A DNA stretch of 32,219 nucleotides from an uncultured bacterium (GCA_964534375.1 CAZHPN010000056.1:1-32219), one strand, 5' to 3'; counted from the first letter of the stretch, positions 16,089-25,931 are shown. The notes: generated by a model from the sequence alone, not told the origin. A program made the numbers and translations.

Positions 16089-18089
16089 TTACGGCATGGT
16101 CGGCGGCGCGGGCGGCGTCGGCGGGCCGGATTGGAGGCCGGTCTTCACCGAAGCCCAGATCTCGTGGAAGTTCAGCGTGGCGATGGCCAGGGCCACGCCC
16201 ATCAGGCTTTCGCCGGCGATCACGCCGCTGGCGATCGGGATCACGTAATCGTCCGCCCATTTTTCGGCTCTTTTCGTGATGATCCAGACGATCAGCGCGC
16301 CGATGAACATCGACAGCGAATTCCAGAAGGGGATGACGAAGGCCAGGCCGATGCCCATCGCGCTCGGGTAATACATGCGGTATTTCGCCGGCACGAATTT
16401 GTCGAGGCACGCGAGAATGATGCCGGTGAACCCGCCCAGGGCCAGGCCCCAGCGCTTCGTCACTGACAGCGCGGCGAGCCCCTGGCTGAGCAGTTTGGCG
16501 ACGCCGTACCAGACCTGCGCCGACGGGGCGGGGAACTTGTTGCTGCCGAGAATGTCGGGCGACGGCACCAGCACGTAGAACGCGGGCACGACGATCGCCG
16601 CGCCGGCGAAGATGCCGAGGAATTGGGCGATGAATTGCTTGCGCGGGTTCGCGCCGAGCAGATAGCCGGTCTTCAAGCCAGTCAGCAGGTCCGCCGAGGT
16701 GCCGGCCGCGCCGGCCGTGACCGCCGCGGTCATCAGGTTGATTTTCATAGCGGCCGCCGCGCCGCCCGCGACCTTGCTGGCCGGCGCGAGAATGCCGTAG
16801 GTCAATTGGGTGATTTTGCCCATCGCGCCGATCGGCGTCGTGTCGGTTTCGCCCGTGGCGCGGCAGGCGACGATCGCCAGGAAGAACGTCAGCACGACGC
16901 TGATGATGCCCATCCACCAGGTGATCGAGAAGGCGAGGATCTCCAGGGCGATGCACCCGCCGCCGGCCAGCAGCATGCCGGTGATGAACCACGAGCCCGG
17001 AATCTCCACTTCGTCCATCGCTTTCACGCGCGGATTGGCCAGGTCCTCGCTGCCGCTGATGATGCCCTTGAGCCCGGCGAACGCGCGGCCGATCGTGCGC
17101 CAGCCGAAGGCGAACGTCAGCAGGCCGCTGGTCACCATCACCGCGGCGCCGAACCAGAGCGACCAGTCGACGATCTGGCGGTAGCCGAGCAGCCCCTTGG
17201 CGTTGGGCACGATTTGGCCAAGCGACGCCATCCACGGCGCGAGAATGCCGTAGTTGACGATGCCGCCGAACAGCATCGACCAGCCCGTGCGCAGGCCGAT
17301 CAGCGCGCCGGCGGCGATCATGATCGCGCTGTTTTCCCAACTGATCGTCCATTCCTGCAACGAATGGCCGTAGTACTTGATTTTGTCGAGCACGCCCGGA
17401 AATTGCGGAATGCGCAGCCAGTCGGGGTACGAGGCAATCTCGTTGTCGCGGAGGAAGGCGACGAGGGCGCCGATGCCGCCGGCCAGATACAGCGCCCGGG
17501 CCTTTTTTGTCGCTTCCTTGCCCTCGGCGTACAGGCTGCGGAGCGTCTGCGCGCCGGCCACGCCCGAGGGAAAACGCAACTGCTCCACGTTGATCATCTG
17601 GCGTTTCATCGGGATGGTCATCACTAGGCCGAGCGCGGCGAGAAAGATCGTCCAAAGCATTAGGGTCCAGAAGGGCAGGTGGTGGCCCTCGATCATCAAC
17701 AGCGCGCAGATGGCGCTGGTGAGCGCGCCGCCGGTGGAGTAGCCGGCCGAACTGGCGGTGGTCTGCATGCAGTTGTTTTCGAGGATTGTCAGGTTCGACC
17801 GGAGAACGCCGACCTTGCTCAGCGCCGCGCCAATCGAATACGACAAGATGCACGCGGTCAGCGCCACGCCGAGGCCCCAGCCGGTTTTCAGGCCGATGTA
17901 CAGGTTCGACAGGCTCATGAAGCCGCCGAGGATCATGCCCATGATGACGGCGCGCACGGTCAACTGCGGCACGTCGCCCTGGTAATGATTTTCGAACCAT
18001 TCCAACTCGATGTCTTCCGCCGCGCGGCCCACGGGATCGATGCCCATGAAGTCGCCGGCCGCCTCGGGGCGGGTCTCGTCCTGCGCCAT
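16089..18089 (-). CDS. OPT/YSL family oligopeptide transporter
   Basis: QLTVRAVI, NLYIGLKTG, ILENNCMQTTASSAG, LRFPSG, LKTGYLLGANPRKQF, FPAPSAQVW, IASGVIAGESL; many TM segments. Confidence 0.92.
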   Translation of the reverse strand: MAQDETRPEAAGDFMGIDPVGRAAEDIELEWFENHYQGDVPQLTVRAVIMGMILGGFMSLSNLYIGLKTGWGLGVALTACILSYSIGAALSKVGVLRSNLTILENNCMQTTASSAGYSTGGALTSAICALLMIEGHHLPFWTLMLWTIFLAALGLVMTIPMKRQMINVEQLRFPSGVAGAQTLRSLYAEGKEATKKARALYLAGGIGALVAFLRDNEIASYPDWLRIPQFPGVLDKIKYYGHSLQEWTISWENSAIMIAAGALIGLRTGWSMLFGGIVNYGILAPWMASLGQIVPNAKGLLGYRQIVDWSLWFGAAVMVTSGLLTFAFGWRTIGRAFAGLKGIISGSEDLANPRVKAMDEVEIPGSWFITGMLLAGGGCIALEILAFSITWWMGIISVVLTFFLAIVACRATGETDTTPIGAMGKITQLTYGILAPASKVAGGAAAAMKINLMTAAVTAGAAGTSADLLTGLKTGYLLGANPRKQFIAQFLGIFAGAAIVVPAFYVLVPSPDILGSNKFPAPSAQVWYGVAKLLSQGLAALSVTKRWGLALGGFTGIILACLDKFVPAKYRMYYPSAMGIGLAFVIPFWNSLSMFIGALIVWIITKRAEKWADDYVIPIASGVIAGESLMGVALAIATLNFHEIWASVKTGLQSGPPTPPAPPTMP

Positions 18090-18175
18090 GTGTCTCACCT
18101 TTTTTGCTGAAAAGATTGAGGCAAATTAGTGCGGACGACGGCTGCGCGTCAAGCCGCCGCGGGCCGCAGCCGAAC

Positions 18176-18688
18176 TCAGGTCGTCGGCTCCGCGAGGACG
18201 CCGCGCCGCCGCAAAATTTCGAAGAGGACGATTCCCGCCGCGGTGGCCACGTTGAGGCTTTCTTTTGCGCCCAGCATGGGAATCCGGACCACCGCGTCGC
18301 ATAGCGCCAACGTCGTGTCGTCGAGGCCGTCGACCTCGTTGCCGAAAACGACGGCGACGGGCGTCGGCCACGCGAACGCCACGTATGACGCGGCGTTCGC
18401 GACGGCCTCGACGCCGACGACCGGCACGCCGCGCGCGCGCAACATGGCGAGCGCCTCGGTGGTCGTCTGGTGGTGGGTCCACGGCACGGTTTCCTCCGCG
18501 CCCAGAGCGGTCTTGGCGAGTTTGACGTTCGGCGGATACGCCGTGCAGCCGCACAAGTGCAGGCCGGCGACCGCCGCCGCGTCCGACGTGCGAAAAATCG
18601 AACCCACGTTGAACGCGCTGCGGATGTTGTCCAGCACCACGTACAGCGGCTGCCGCGGGCGCGCCGTGTTGTTTTCCCGTTCCGGCAT
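18176..18688 (-). CDS. SpoU/TrmH family RNA 2'-O-methyltransferase
   Basis: VVLDNIRSAFNVGSIFRT, VFGNEVDG, IPMLGAKESLNVATAAGI SPOUT motifs. Confidence 0.9.
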   Translation of the reverse strand: MPERENNTARPRQPLYVVLDNIRSAFNVGSIFRTSDAAAVAGLHLCGCTAYPPNVKLAKTALGAEETVPWTHHQTTTEALAMLRARGVPVVGVEAVANAASYVAFAWPTPVAVVFGNEVDGLDDTTLALCDAVVRIPMLGAKESLNVATAAGIVLFEILRRRGVLAEPTT

Positions 18689-18695
18689 ACGGTGG

Positions 18696-18723
18696 AGTTT
18701 GCCGCTTGCGCCCGGCGGGTCAA
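18696..18723 (-). promoter_or_regulatory. Candidate sigma70 promoter of the SpoU gene, possibly leaderless
   Basis: TTGACC-N16-CAAACT on the minus strand, 7 nt before ATG 18688; no SD. Confidence 0.35.
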
Positions 18724-18748
18724 GCCCCGGCCGACTCGCAGATCGAAA

Positions 18749-18967
18749 TGTTTTTTGACACGATCATCAGGGTCGGCGAGCAGCGAACAGCGAGCAGCGA
18801 ACAGCGAGCTGCGAACAGCGAACAGCGAACGACGAACAGTGAACAATGAACACGAAGATGCGGTGTTTTTTGACACGATCAACAGGATCAACAAGATCAA
18901 CGAGAACGCTTCACGAACTCTTCGTCGCGTGGGAACGTGGCGAACATTTGTTCACTGTTCACTGACC
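18749..18967. repeat. Composite intergenic repeat element (heptamer array, nonamers, direct and inverted repeats)
   Basis: CAGCGAR-type heptamers 18774-18851; 18-bp direct repeat 18749-18766 / 18864-18881; AACARGATC nonamers; 13-bp perfect IR 18834-18846 / 18948-18960. Confidence 0.85.
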
Positions 18968-18968
18968 T

Positions 18969-20369
18969 CTACAGATATCCCAAGCTGTGCAATTTTTCGC
19001 GATAGGCCGGGTCGAGGTCGGGGCCGGCGGCGGGCGGAAACAGGATATCCGGCGTCGGGCGGCCGAGCCAAAGCTCGCGCAACGCCTGCACGCGTTGCGG
19101 TTCCGCCGCCGCGACGTTTTTTTTGTCGGCCGCGTCGGCGGCGACGTGGAACAACAATTCGTCGCCGTTCTCTTCGTTGCGCAGCCATTTCCAACCGTCG
19201 GCGAGCACGGCGCTCCAACTCAGCCGCGGATCGCGTTCCGTAGCGGCGAAAAGGGCGCGCGACGGCGCCGGTTCGCCGCGGGCGAGGCCGGTCAGATCGA
19301 CGCCGTCGAGGTAATCGGGCGGCGCGGCCCCGGCCGCCGCGGCGAGGGTCGGATACAAATCGACGAGACTGACCGGCGCCGGCACGACCGTCGCCGTCGT
19401 GGCGCCGGGCCAGCGGATCAGCAGCGGCACGCGCAGGGTCTCGGCGAACAAATCACCGCCGTGCAGCATGTTGCGATGGTCGCCGAACGACTCGCCGTGG
19501 TCGGCGGTGATGACGATCAGGGCACGGTCGGCGCCGGGCAGGGCGCGCAACGCGGCGCCGACGGAAGCGTCCGCGGCGGCGATTTCGGAATCGTAGAGGT
19601 CCGCGAGCAGGCGCATGGCGTCGCGGTGTTGCAGAAAATAATTTTCGAGCACGAGGCGGTTGAACTCGGTTTGCGTCAGGGTCTTGATCCGCTCGGGGTC
19701 GACGTCGGGCCGCCATTGGTCGATCCAGGGGCGGACCGGCAAATACGGATGATGCGGATCGAAATAATGGAGATAAAGAAAATACGGCTGGCCGCGGCGC
19801 AGCGCGCGGCGCAATTCCGGCGCCGTCGCCGCGAACGCCCGGTCGACGGGCTCATGTTTGACGAACGAAAAGAAGCGATAGGTCTCGAAACCGCGCGCCA
19901 GGCCGAATTTCGGGTCCAGATGCCCGTTGGCGGTCACGCCGAAGGTGGCGTAGCCGGCCTGGCGCAGCGCGGTCGCGAGCGTGACGAAACGCTCGCTGAG
20001 CACCGGCTGCCCTTTGACGCCCGTCGGGCCGGTCGATTCCGCGGTGTTCACGCCGTGCCGCCACGGATACACGCCGGTGAAGAGCGAGGCCATGCTCGGC
20101 ACGGTCCAACTCGACGGCGCCTGGGCGTTGTCGAACCGCACGGCCCGCGCGGCGAAGCGATCGATGTTCGGGGTCGTCGGATGGGCCGCGCCGTAGACGC
20201 CGACGTGATCGGCGCGCACGGTGTCGACGACGATCAGCACGATGGGCGGCCGGGCCGTGGCGGGAACGGCAAACCACCAGCGGCCCGCGAGAAACAGCGC
20301 CAGCGCAAAGGCGAGCGCGATCGCGAGCGCGATCCGCAGTCGTTGGTTTTTTCTGTCGCTTCGGACCAT
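18969..20369 (-). CDS. Membrane-anchored sulfatase-like hydrolase/transferase (alkaline phosphatase superfamily)
   Basis: N-terminal TM; IVLIVVDTVRADH, WTVPSMASLFTG, HYFDPHHPY, YDSEI..AD, ITADHGESF..H, VSLVDLYPT. Confidence 0.88.
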   Translation of the reverse strand: MVRSDRKNQRLRIALAIALAFALALFLAGRWWFAVPATARPPIVLIVVDTVRADHVGVYGAAHPTTPNIDRFAARAVRFDNAQAPSSWTVPSMASLFTGVYPWRHGVNTAESTGPTGVKGQPVLSERFVTLATALRQAGYATFGVTANGHLDPKFGLARGFETYRFFSFVKHEPVDRAFAATAPELRRALRRGQPYFLYLHYFDPHHPYLPVRPWIDQWRPDVDPERIKTLTQTEFNRLVLENYFLQHRDAMRLLADLYDSEIAAADASVGAALRALPGADRALIVITADHGESFGDHRNMLHGGDLFAETLRVPLLIRWPGATTATVVPAPVSLVDLYPTLAAAAGAAPPDYLDGVDLTGLARGEPAPSRALFAATERDPRLSWSAVLADGWKWLRNEENGDELLFHVAADAADKKNVAAAEPQRVQALRELWLGRPTPDILFPPAAGPDLDPAYREKLHSLGYL

Positions 20370-20554
20370 GTCGGCGCCTGGGTTGCGGGGGCCACGAGGA
20401 AGTCTAGCAAACCGGCCAGCCCGCGGCGACCCGCGTTCGCGGCGGTCCGGAACGGCGCTGATTGGACAACGCCGACGAAGACCGGCAGAATCAACGGCCG
20501 CGGCGGCGACGCGTGCGGAATCGCCCGCGGCGCCGGCGACCGCGCGGGAAGGGT

Positions 20555-21622
20555 ATGAACAAACGAAAAGCCAGGGCGCGGCGGTTTTGGGCGCTGGCCA
20601 AACCGCGGCTGGCGGCGGCGCTGTTCGGGCTGGCGGCCTGCGCGGGCATCGTCGCGGCGTTTCATGTTCAGATGCGCCGGCGCGCGCCCAGCGCCACGGC
20701 CCTGCCGCCGGGCGCCTTGTCGGGCCGAAGTTTCATCGAGCGCGACGAGCAACTCGGACTGCGAACCATCCCGGGCCTCCATGAGCCGCAACGATTGACC
20801 TGGAACGGCCGCACGCTTTTCGACGTCACGTACGACACCGACGAATTCGGCCGGCGGATCACGCCGCAGCCGCCGGGGCCCTACGAGCGGTTCGCGATTT
20901 TCGCCGGCTGTTCCTTCGTATTCGGTTACGGCGTGCAGGGCGGCGAAACGTTGCCGGCGCGGTTCGCCGAGGACGCCGTTGGCCGAAAGCTCCATGTTTA
21001 CAACGAGAGCACAGTTGGCTGGGGGCCCAACCATCTGCTGGCGCTGCTCAGCGACCCCGCCTATCCACGGGGCATCGCCGAAAAACGCGGCATCTGGCTT
21101 TATTTGTTCATTGAGCATCATCTCCAGCGCGCCGGCGGCAGCGTGCGCGACGACTCCCGCCTCTTCACGCACCCGTACTACCGCGTCGCCGCCGATGGCC
21201 GGCTCGAACGCCTCGCGGCGGCGGGCGTCGCGCATCCGCCCGGGGAATTCGGCCGGTTTGGCTATTTCATGCGAAATCAGTTTGAGCGGTACGATTTGCA
21301 GATGCCGCAGGCGCTGCTCGACCAGGACATCGAACTGACGGCGAAAATCTTGAAGGAATCGCAGCGCCTGTTTCGCCAGAAATTCGCGAGCGACGGTTTT
21401 TACGTGATCTTGTATCCGGGCAACCGCTCGGGCCCGCGGCTGGCGGCGCGCTTGGCCGACGCGGACATCCGCGTGCTCGATTATCAGAAATTGTTTACGT
21501 CGTTCGACGACAAGGGCGATCTGTGCATTTTTCGGGGCGTGGAAAACCACCCGAACCCGGTCGCGTACAAGATTCTGGCGGACGCGCTATACGACGACCT
21601 CGAAGTAGCGGGCGCGCTTTGA
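20555..21622 (+). CDS. Membrane-anchored SGNH/GDSL-like protein, paralogue 1
   Basis: N-terminal TM; FAGCSFVFG (block I), GWGPNH (block II), ENHPN near the C-terminus. Confidence 0.72.
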   Translation: MNKRKARARRFWALAKPRLAAALFGLAACAGIVAAFHVQMRRRAPSATALPPGALSGRSFIERDEQLGLRTIPGLHEPQRLTWNGRTLFDVTYDTDEFGRRITPQPPGPYERFAIFAGCSFVFGYGVQGGETLPARFAEDAVGRKLHVYNESTVGWGPNHLLALLSDPAYPRGIAEKRGIWLYLFIEHHLQRAGGSVRDDSRLFTHPYYRVAADGRLERLAAAGVAHPPGEFGRFGYFMRNQFERYDLQMPQALLDQDIELTAKILKESQRLFRQKFASDGFYVILYPGNRSGPRLAARLADADIRVLDYQKLFTSFDDKGDLCIFRGVENHPNPVAYKILADALYDDLEVAGAL

Positions 21623-21667
21623 CGGGCGCGGCGTCACCGCGCCGGCGCGTCCCCCTGCGGAGAACAA

Positions 21668-22756
21668 GTGGGTAGAATCGCAGACGAATTGCGCTGGGCC
21701 TGGTCGAAAGCTCGTCGACGCCTGCTGGCGGCGGCGTTCGTCGGCGTTGCGGCGGCCGCCGTCGTCGCGGGCGTGCTCGCGGCGCCCCGGTGGGCGGCGT
21801 GGCGGCGCGGCGCGGCGCCGCCGGCGAACGGCGGTCACCGCATCGAACGCATCATGGCCGATCTATTCGTGCGCGACGCCCGGCTCGGCTACCGCAACGG
21901 CGCCAATTTGCAGCAACACGAGCGGGCCACGTTGGACGGCCGTATGGTTTACGACGTCGTCTATACGACCGACGCCTTGGGCTGGCGGGCGACGCCCCAA
22001 CCGGCGTCCGGGCCGTACGATCGCTTCGCGATTTTCGCGGGCTGCTCGTTCGACTTTGGCGCCGCTGTCGCCGACAACGAGACGTTTGCCGCGCGGTTCG
22101 CGGAGGACGCCGTGGGCCGCAAGATCCACGTGTACAATCACAGCGCGATCGGCTGGGGGCCCAATCATCTGCTGACGTTGATCGAGGAACCGGAATATGC
22201 GCAGAACATCGCGGAGAAACGCGGCCTGTGGATTTATCTGTTCATGGATCACCATGTCATTCGCGCCCGCGGCGATTGCGACGACCACCCCCGGGTTCGC
22301 GGGAACCCGTGCTACCGGATTTCGCACGGTCGGCTCCAGAGTTATGCCGGGCCGCAGGTCCGCGATCCGAGCGACGCGGCGGCGCGCCTGAACGCGTACC
22401 TCGGGGAGCATTTTCACGGCAGCCATTTCGACGAATACCTCGGTCCGCGCGACCGCGACCTGGATTTGACGGCGCAAATCCTGGCCGAGACCAATCGCGT
22501 CTTCCGCCAGAAATTTACGGCGGACGGATTCATCGTCGTCTGCTGGCCCGAGTACGGCCGCAATTGCCGGGCGCTCGAAGAGCGGCTGGCCGGGTCGGAT
22601 ATTCGCTTTTTCCAATATCACAATTTGTTCAAGCAATATGCCGACAACCGCGATGTGATCGTCGATCCGCTCGTCGACACGCACCCCAACGCCGTTGCCT
22701 TCAAACTCGCGGCCGACGAGTTGTACGAAGATTTGGCGAAGGTCGGGCTGTTGTGA
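21668..22756 (+). CDS. Membrane-anchored SGNH/GDSL-like protein, paralogue 2
   Basis: GGAGA RBS and GTG start; FAGCSFDFG, GWGPNH, DTHPN; alignable with the preceding gene. Confidence 0.72.
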   Translation: MGRIADELRWAWSKARRRLLAAAFVGVAAAAVVAGVLAAPRWAAWRRGAAPPANGGHRIERIMADLFVRDARLGYRNGANLQQHERATLDGRMVYDVVYTTDALGWRATPQPASGPYDRFAIFAGCSFDFGAAVADNETFAARFAEDAVGRKIHVYNHSAIGWGPNHLLTLIEEPEYAQNIAEKRGLWIYLFMDHHVIRARGDCDDHPRVRGNPCYRISHGRLQSYAGPQVRDPSDAAARLNAYLGEHFHGSHFDEYLGPRDRDLDLTAQILAETNRVFRQKFTADGFIVVCWPEYGRNCRALEERLAGSDIRFFQYHNLFKQYADNRDVIVDPLVDTHPNAVAFKLAADELYEDLAKVGLL

Positions 22757-24339
22757 ACCCGGAACCGCTGAGTTTCTTTTCGTTGACGGCGCGCCCGCCG
22801 TTTCGCCGTTTCGGATGGCACGCTTTTTTTTGCCTGGTCGCGCTGTATTTTCCGCTGTTGCTCGTGCGATCCACATACGTCAGCGGCAACATCAAACTGC
22901 AAAACGACTCTTTTAATTTGTTCTGGGGCGCCGAGCAGTTGGTGGTGGACCACACGTTTCCGCTGACCGGCAATCCGGTGTTTCACGCTTTTCGGCTGGG
23001 ACCGCTGGCCTATTTGCTGACGGCGCTGCCGCAAGTCGCGCGCCACGGTTTCGTTTCGTCGTATTCGTTTTTGTGGCTGCTGTACGTATTGTCGCCGCTG
23101 CCGATTTATGCGGCGGTCTGGCGCCTCTTTCGGAGCGCGACGGCGGCGTTCGCGGCCGCCTTGTGGTTCGGCGTTTGCGGTTCGGCCCAGGAAGAATTGA
23201 TGGGCTTAATGCTCAATACGTCGTATTTGCCGTTGTTCCTCGCCTTTTACACATGGTTGTTCTTGCGCCAGCCGCAGGAATCGGCGCTGCTGCCGCTCTA
23301 TGCGGCCATCGGCTTGTGCATGCAATTGCACATGACCGCAGTTTTTCTGATTCCTTATTCGCTGGTGTTCTTGTGGCCCGGCCGGCAGAAGTGGCGGGTG
23401 CAATTGCCGTGGCATCTGCTGGGCCTGCTCGTCGTAGCGGCGATGCACGCGACGGTGCTGCTGGACGTCTTCTTGCGAGCCGACCTCGGTTTCGCGACCG
23501 CGAGCCATTCCGCCGCGCCGCACGCGGCGGCTTTTGACTGGTCGGTTTTTTTCGGCCTGCTCACAGCGCAGGTGCACTTCGGCGCGCCGTTGTTGGTTGC
23601 GGCCCCGGTGTTTTTCCTCCGGTTGACGACGCCGGGCGCCGCGAGCCGGGCGCTGCTCGGCAAGACGGCGGCGGTGGTCGTTGTGAACGCGTTGCTGTCG
23701 GCGACCCTGAATGGCCTGCGCGGCATTCACACCGGCGACCGCTTTTTTCTGATCGAATTACCGTTCCTTTGCCTCACGTTAGCCGCGGCCGTGAGCCTGG
23801 CGGAGCGGGCGCCGCGCGTCGGCCCGGGGCGGCTGGACCGGCTCTTTGCGGGCGCCGCGCTCGTGCCGATCATGCTCAGCCTGGCCGGCGCGTGCCGCGA
23901 TTTGTCGCCTTTTCGACCGCACGCAATGCTTCTCGTACACGTGAACAACGTCGAGAATTTGCACCGCTGGCTGCGGACCGCCGGCGTCGACCGCGTCTCC
24001 GAGGTCGCCGGCGTTTGGCAAATCGACCAGGACGGCGAGCGCTGTACGGCCCTGCCGGGCCGCGCCTATTTTCCCAACCTGTTCCACACCATGTTGTGTT
24101 ATGAGCATCCGGAGGATTGCGGCGCCGCCGGCCGCGGCGAGACGATCCGTCTCGCGACGTTCGGCTTCGCCCGGGCCGACGATGTGACGAGCTTTCTGCG
24201 GACGCCCGAACAAGCGCTGGCCCGGCCAGACCGCTGCGGCGGGCCGTTCGCCGCCAGCGACCGCGTGATAAGTTACTTTTGCCGGGGTCCGGACGATCCG
24301 CTGCAGCCGGCGGTTCGCGAACTTCCGCTTTGCGACTGA
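22753..24339 (+). CDS. Polytopic membrane protein, ArnT/PMT (GT-C)-like glycosyltransferase (tentative)
   Basis: GTGA overlap with the upstream stop; many hydrophobic segments, LGPLAYLL and QLH motifs, soluble Cys-containing C-terminal domain. Confidence 0.62.
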   Translation: MNPEPLSFFSLTARPPFRRFGWHAFFCLVALYFPLLLVRSTYVSGNIKLQNDSFNLFWGAEQLVVDHTFPLTGNPVFHAFRLGPLAYLLTALPQVARHGFVSSYSFLWLLYVLSPLPIYAAVWRLFRSATAAFAAALWFGVCGSAQEELMGLMLNTSYLPLFLAFYTWLFLRQPQESALLPLYAAIGLCMQLHMTAVFLIPYSLVFLWPGRQKWRVQLPWHLLGLLVVAAMHATVLLDVFLRADLGFATASHSAAPHAAAFDWSVFFGLLTAQVHFGAPLLVAAPVFFLRLTTPGAASRALLGKTAAVVVVNALLSATLNGLRGIHTGDRFFLIELPFLCLTLAAAVSLAERAPRVGPGRLDRLFAGAALVPIMLSLAGACRDLSPFRPHAMLLVHVNNVENLHRWLRTAGVDRVSEVAGVWQIDQDGERCTALPGRAYFPNLFHTMLCYEHPEDCGAAGRGETIRLATFGFARADDVTSFLRTPEQALARPDRCGGPFAASDRVISYFCRGPDDPLQPAVRELPLCD

Positions 24340-24359
24340 CGCCGGCCGAGCGGCGCGCG

Positions 24360-25931
24360 TCACCGCGGGAATGGCGGATATCGGTCGGCCAGGAACGCGT
24401 CGCGCAACAGCGCGGCATCGCGCGCGCGGAACGCTTCGACGAACAAGCGGTACGCGCCGGCGGCGTTCGCGCCGGCGATGTCGGTCGGCAGGAGCCGCGC
24501 GTCGTTGTCGTAATCGACCCCGAACAACCCGAACCGCGGCTCAAAGCTGCCCCACTCGTAGTTGTCGAGCAAACTCCAATAGTAGAAGGAATGCACGCGC
24601 CGGCCCTCGCGGATCCCGCGAACCATCTCGAGCAGGAACTCCTTGAGCGCCCCGTCCCGACCGACCCCGTCGGGATGCGGCCAGGCGCGGCCGTCGGCGA
24701 AGCGATGGCAGATGCCGTGTTCGACGATATGAATCGGCAAATCGCCCGCGGTCCACGAATACGATTCGAGAAAGAGGCGCAGCACGCCGGGGTGGAAATG
24801 CCAATCGTACGGCTGCGCGCCGATGCGCACGAGCCGCGGAAACGAGAAATCGATGTTGTCGGCGGGGAAGGGGTCGTAATAATCGAACGCCAGCACGTCG
24901 ATCAGGCGCGGCTCGTCGCCTTCGTAAATGAAATCCGCGAGCCGGGAAAATGGCTCGGGCCGGAAGCCGCGCTGCAGCAGGCGGTCGAGGACGCTGTCGA
25001 TGACGTGCTTGAGCGCCCGCGGGCCGTTCACATACGGCGCGCGGCGGACGTGCGCGCGAAACCGTGCGCGCTGGTCGGCGACGTAGGTCGGGATGTCGGC
25101 GCGCGCGGCGCCGTTGGCCCGCGCCAGAAAAAGATCCGGGGCGATTTTGTCCAGGCCGTAGATGCCGGCGCACCAAGTGTTAAGCGTCACCGTGGGCCGC
25201 GGCCAGCCGCGTTCGCGGTAGATCCGGTGGATCGTCCGGTAGGCCAGGACGTGCGCCAGCAGCAAATTTTCGTAACAGGTCATCGCCGGGCGCAAACCCT
25301 TGGCGCCGCCGGTCGGGAAGACGCCGCCCAGGTAACCGGCCATCGTCGATGAGATAGGCTCGTTGATCGTCAGGAAAAACGGGATGGGCGGCTTGCCGAA
25401 CTCGCCGACGAGCGCGTCGTTGATCGCGCCGACCGCGAACTCGACGTAGGCGCCGAACCATTCGCGGACTTTGGGCCAATCGAGCCAGAGGTCGAGCCCG
25501 GCCCACAGCGGGTTGGTGAAGTGGTGAAGCGTCACCGCCGGGAACATCCCGCGATCGTAGGCGGCGGCCATGATGCGGGCATAGGTCCGGGCGGCTGCGG
25601 CGGAAAACGGCGGCGGGTTCGTGGCCGCCGGGTCGGTCGCCGGTTGCAACCGCGCCCACTCGACGCCCATCCGGAAGGCGTTCAACCCGATCCACGCCCC
25701 GCGGTCAAGCGCGTCGCCGTAGTTTTCGAGGAACCGCGCGCACGGACCGGTGCACGCTTTTTCGCCGCGCACTTCGGCGCCGAACCAGTTGTTTTTCGGG
25801 TCGTCCGGGCCGTTGAAGCCGCCTTCGACTTGATAGCCGGAGGTCGACGCCCCGAAGTCGAACGTCTCCGGAAACGAAAAGCCGTCCAATTCGCGGTCGA
25901 GCAAGTCGCGGTCGATGTGCAATCTAGTCAT
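24360..25931 (-). CDS. Glycoside hydrolase family 1 protein
   Basis: FGASTSGYQVEGG, FRMGVEWARL, VTLHHFTNPLW, TINEP (acid/base), IVEHG (nucleophile), YWSLLDNYEWG...RFGL. Confidence 0.93.
   Translation of the reverse strand: MTRLHIDRDLLDRELDGFSFPETFDFGASTSGYQVEGGFNGPDDPKNNWFGAEVRGEKACTGPCARFLENYGDALDRGAWIGLNAFRMGVEWARLQPATDPAATNPPPFSAAAARTYARIMAAAYDRGMFPAVTLHHFTNPLWAGLDLWLDWPKVREWFGAYVEFAVGAINDALVGEFGKPPIPFFLTINEPISSTMAGYLGGVFPTGGAKGLRPAMTCYENLLLAHVLAYRTIHRIYRERGWPRPTVTLNTWCAGIYGLDKIAPDLFLARANGAARADIPTYVADQRARFRAHVRRAPYVNGPRALKHVIDSVLDRLLQRGFRPEPFSRLADFIYEGDEPRLIDVLAFDYYDPFPADNIDFSFPRLVRIGAQPYDWHFHPGVLRLFLESYSWTAGDLPIHIVEHGICHRFADGRAWPHPDGVGRDGALKEFLLEMVRGIREGRRVHSFYYWSLLDNYEWGSFEPRFGLFGVDYDNDARLLPTDIAGANAAGAYRLFVEAFRARDAALLRDAFLADRYPPFPR

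Noticed and set aside
15994..18900. 968-aa minus-strand ORF and other long overlapping ORFs (e.g. 8883..11231, 1126..2661, 18987..20558)
   Set aside because: Alternative-frame or antisense shadows of well-supported genes; low-information translations expected at high GC
18749..18967. Possible CRISPR array or mini-array
   Set aside because: Only two long direct repeats, separated by simple heptamers rather than unique spacers; no cas genes in the window
21790..22752. N-terminal extension of the 849-aa ORF
   Set aside because: Overlaps SGNH paralogue 2 in another frame; protein-like sequence begins only at GTG 22753
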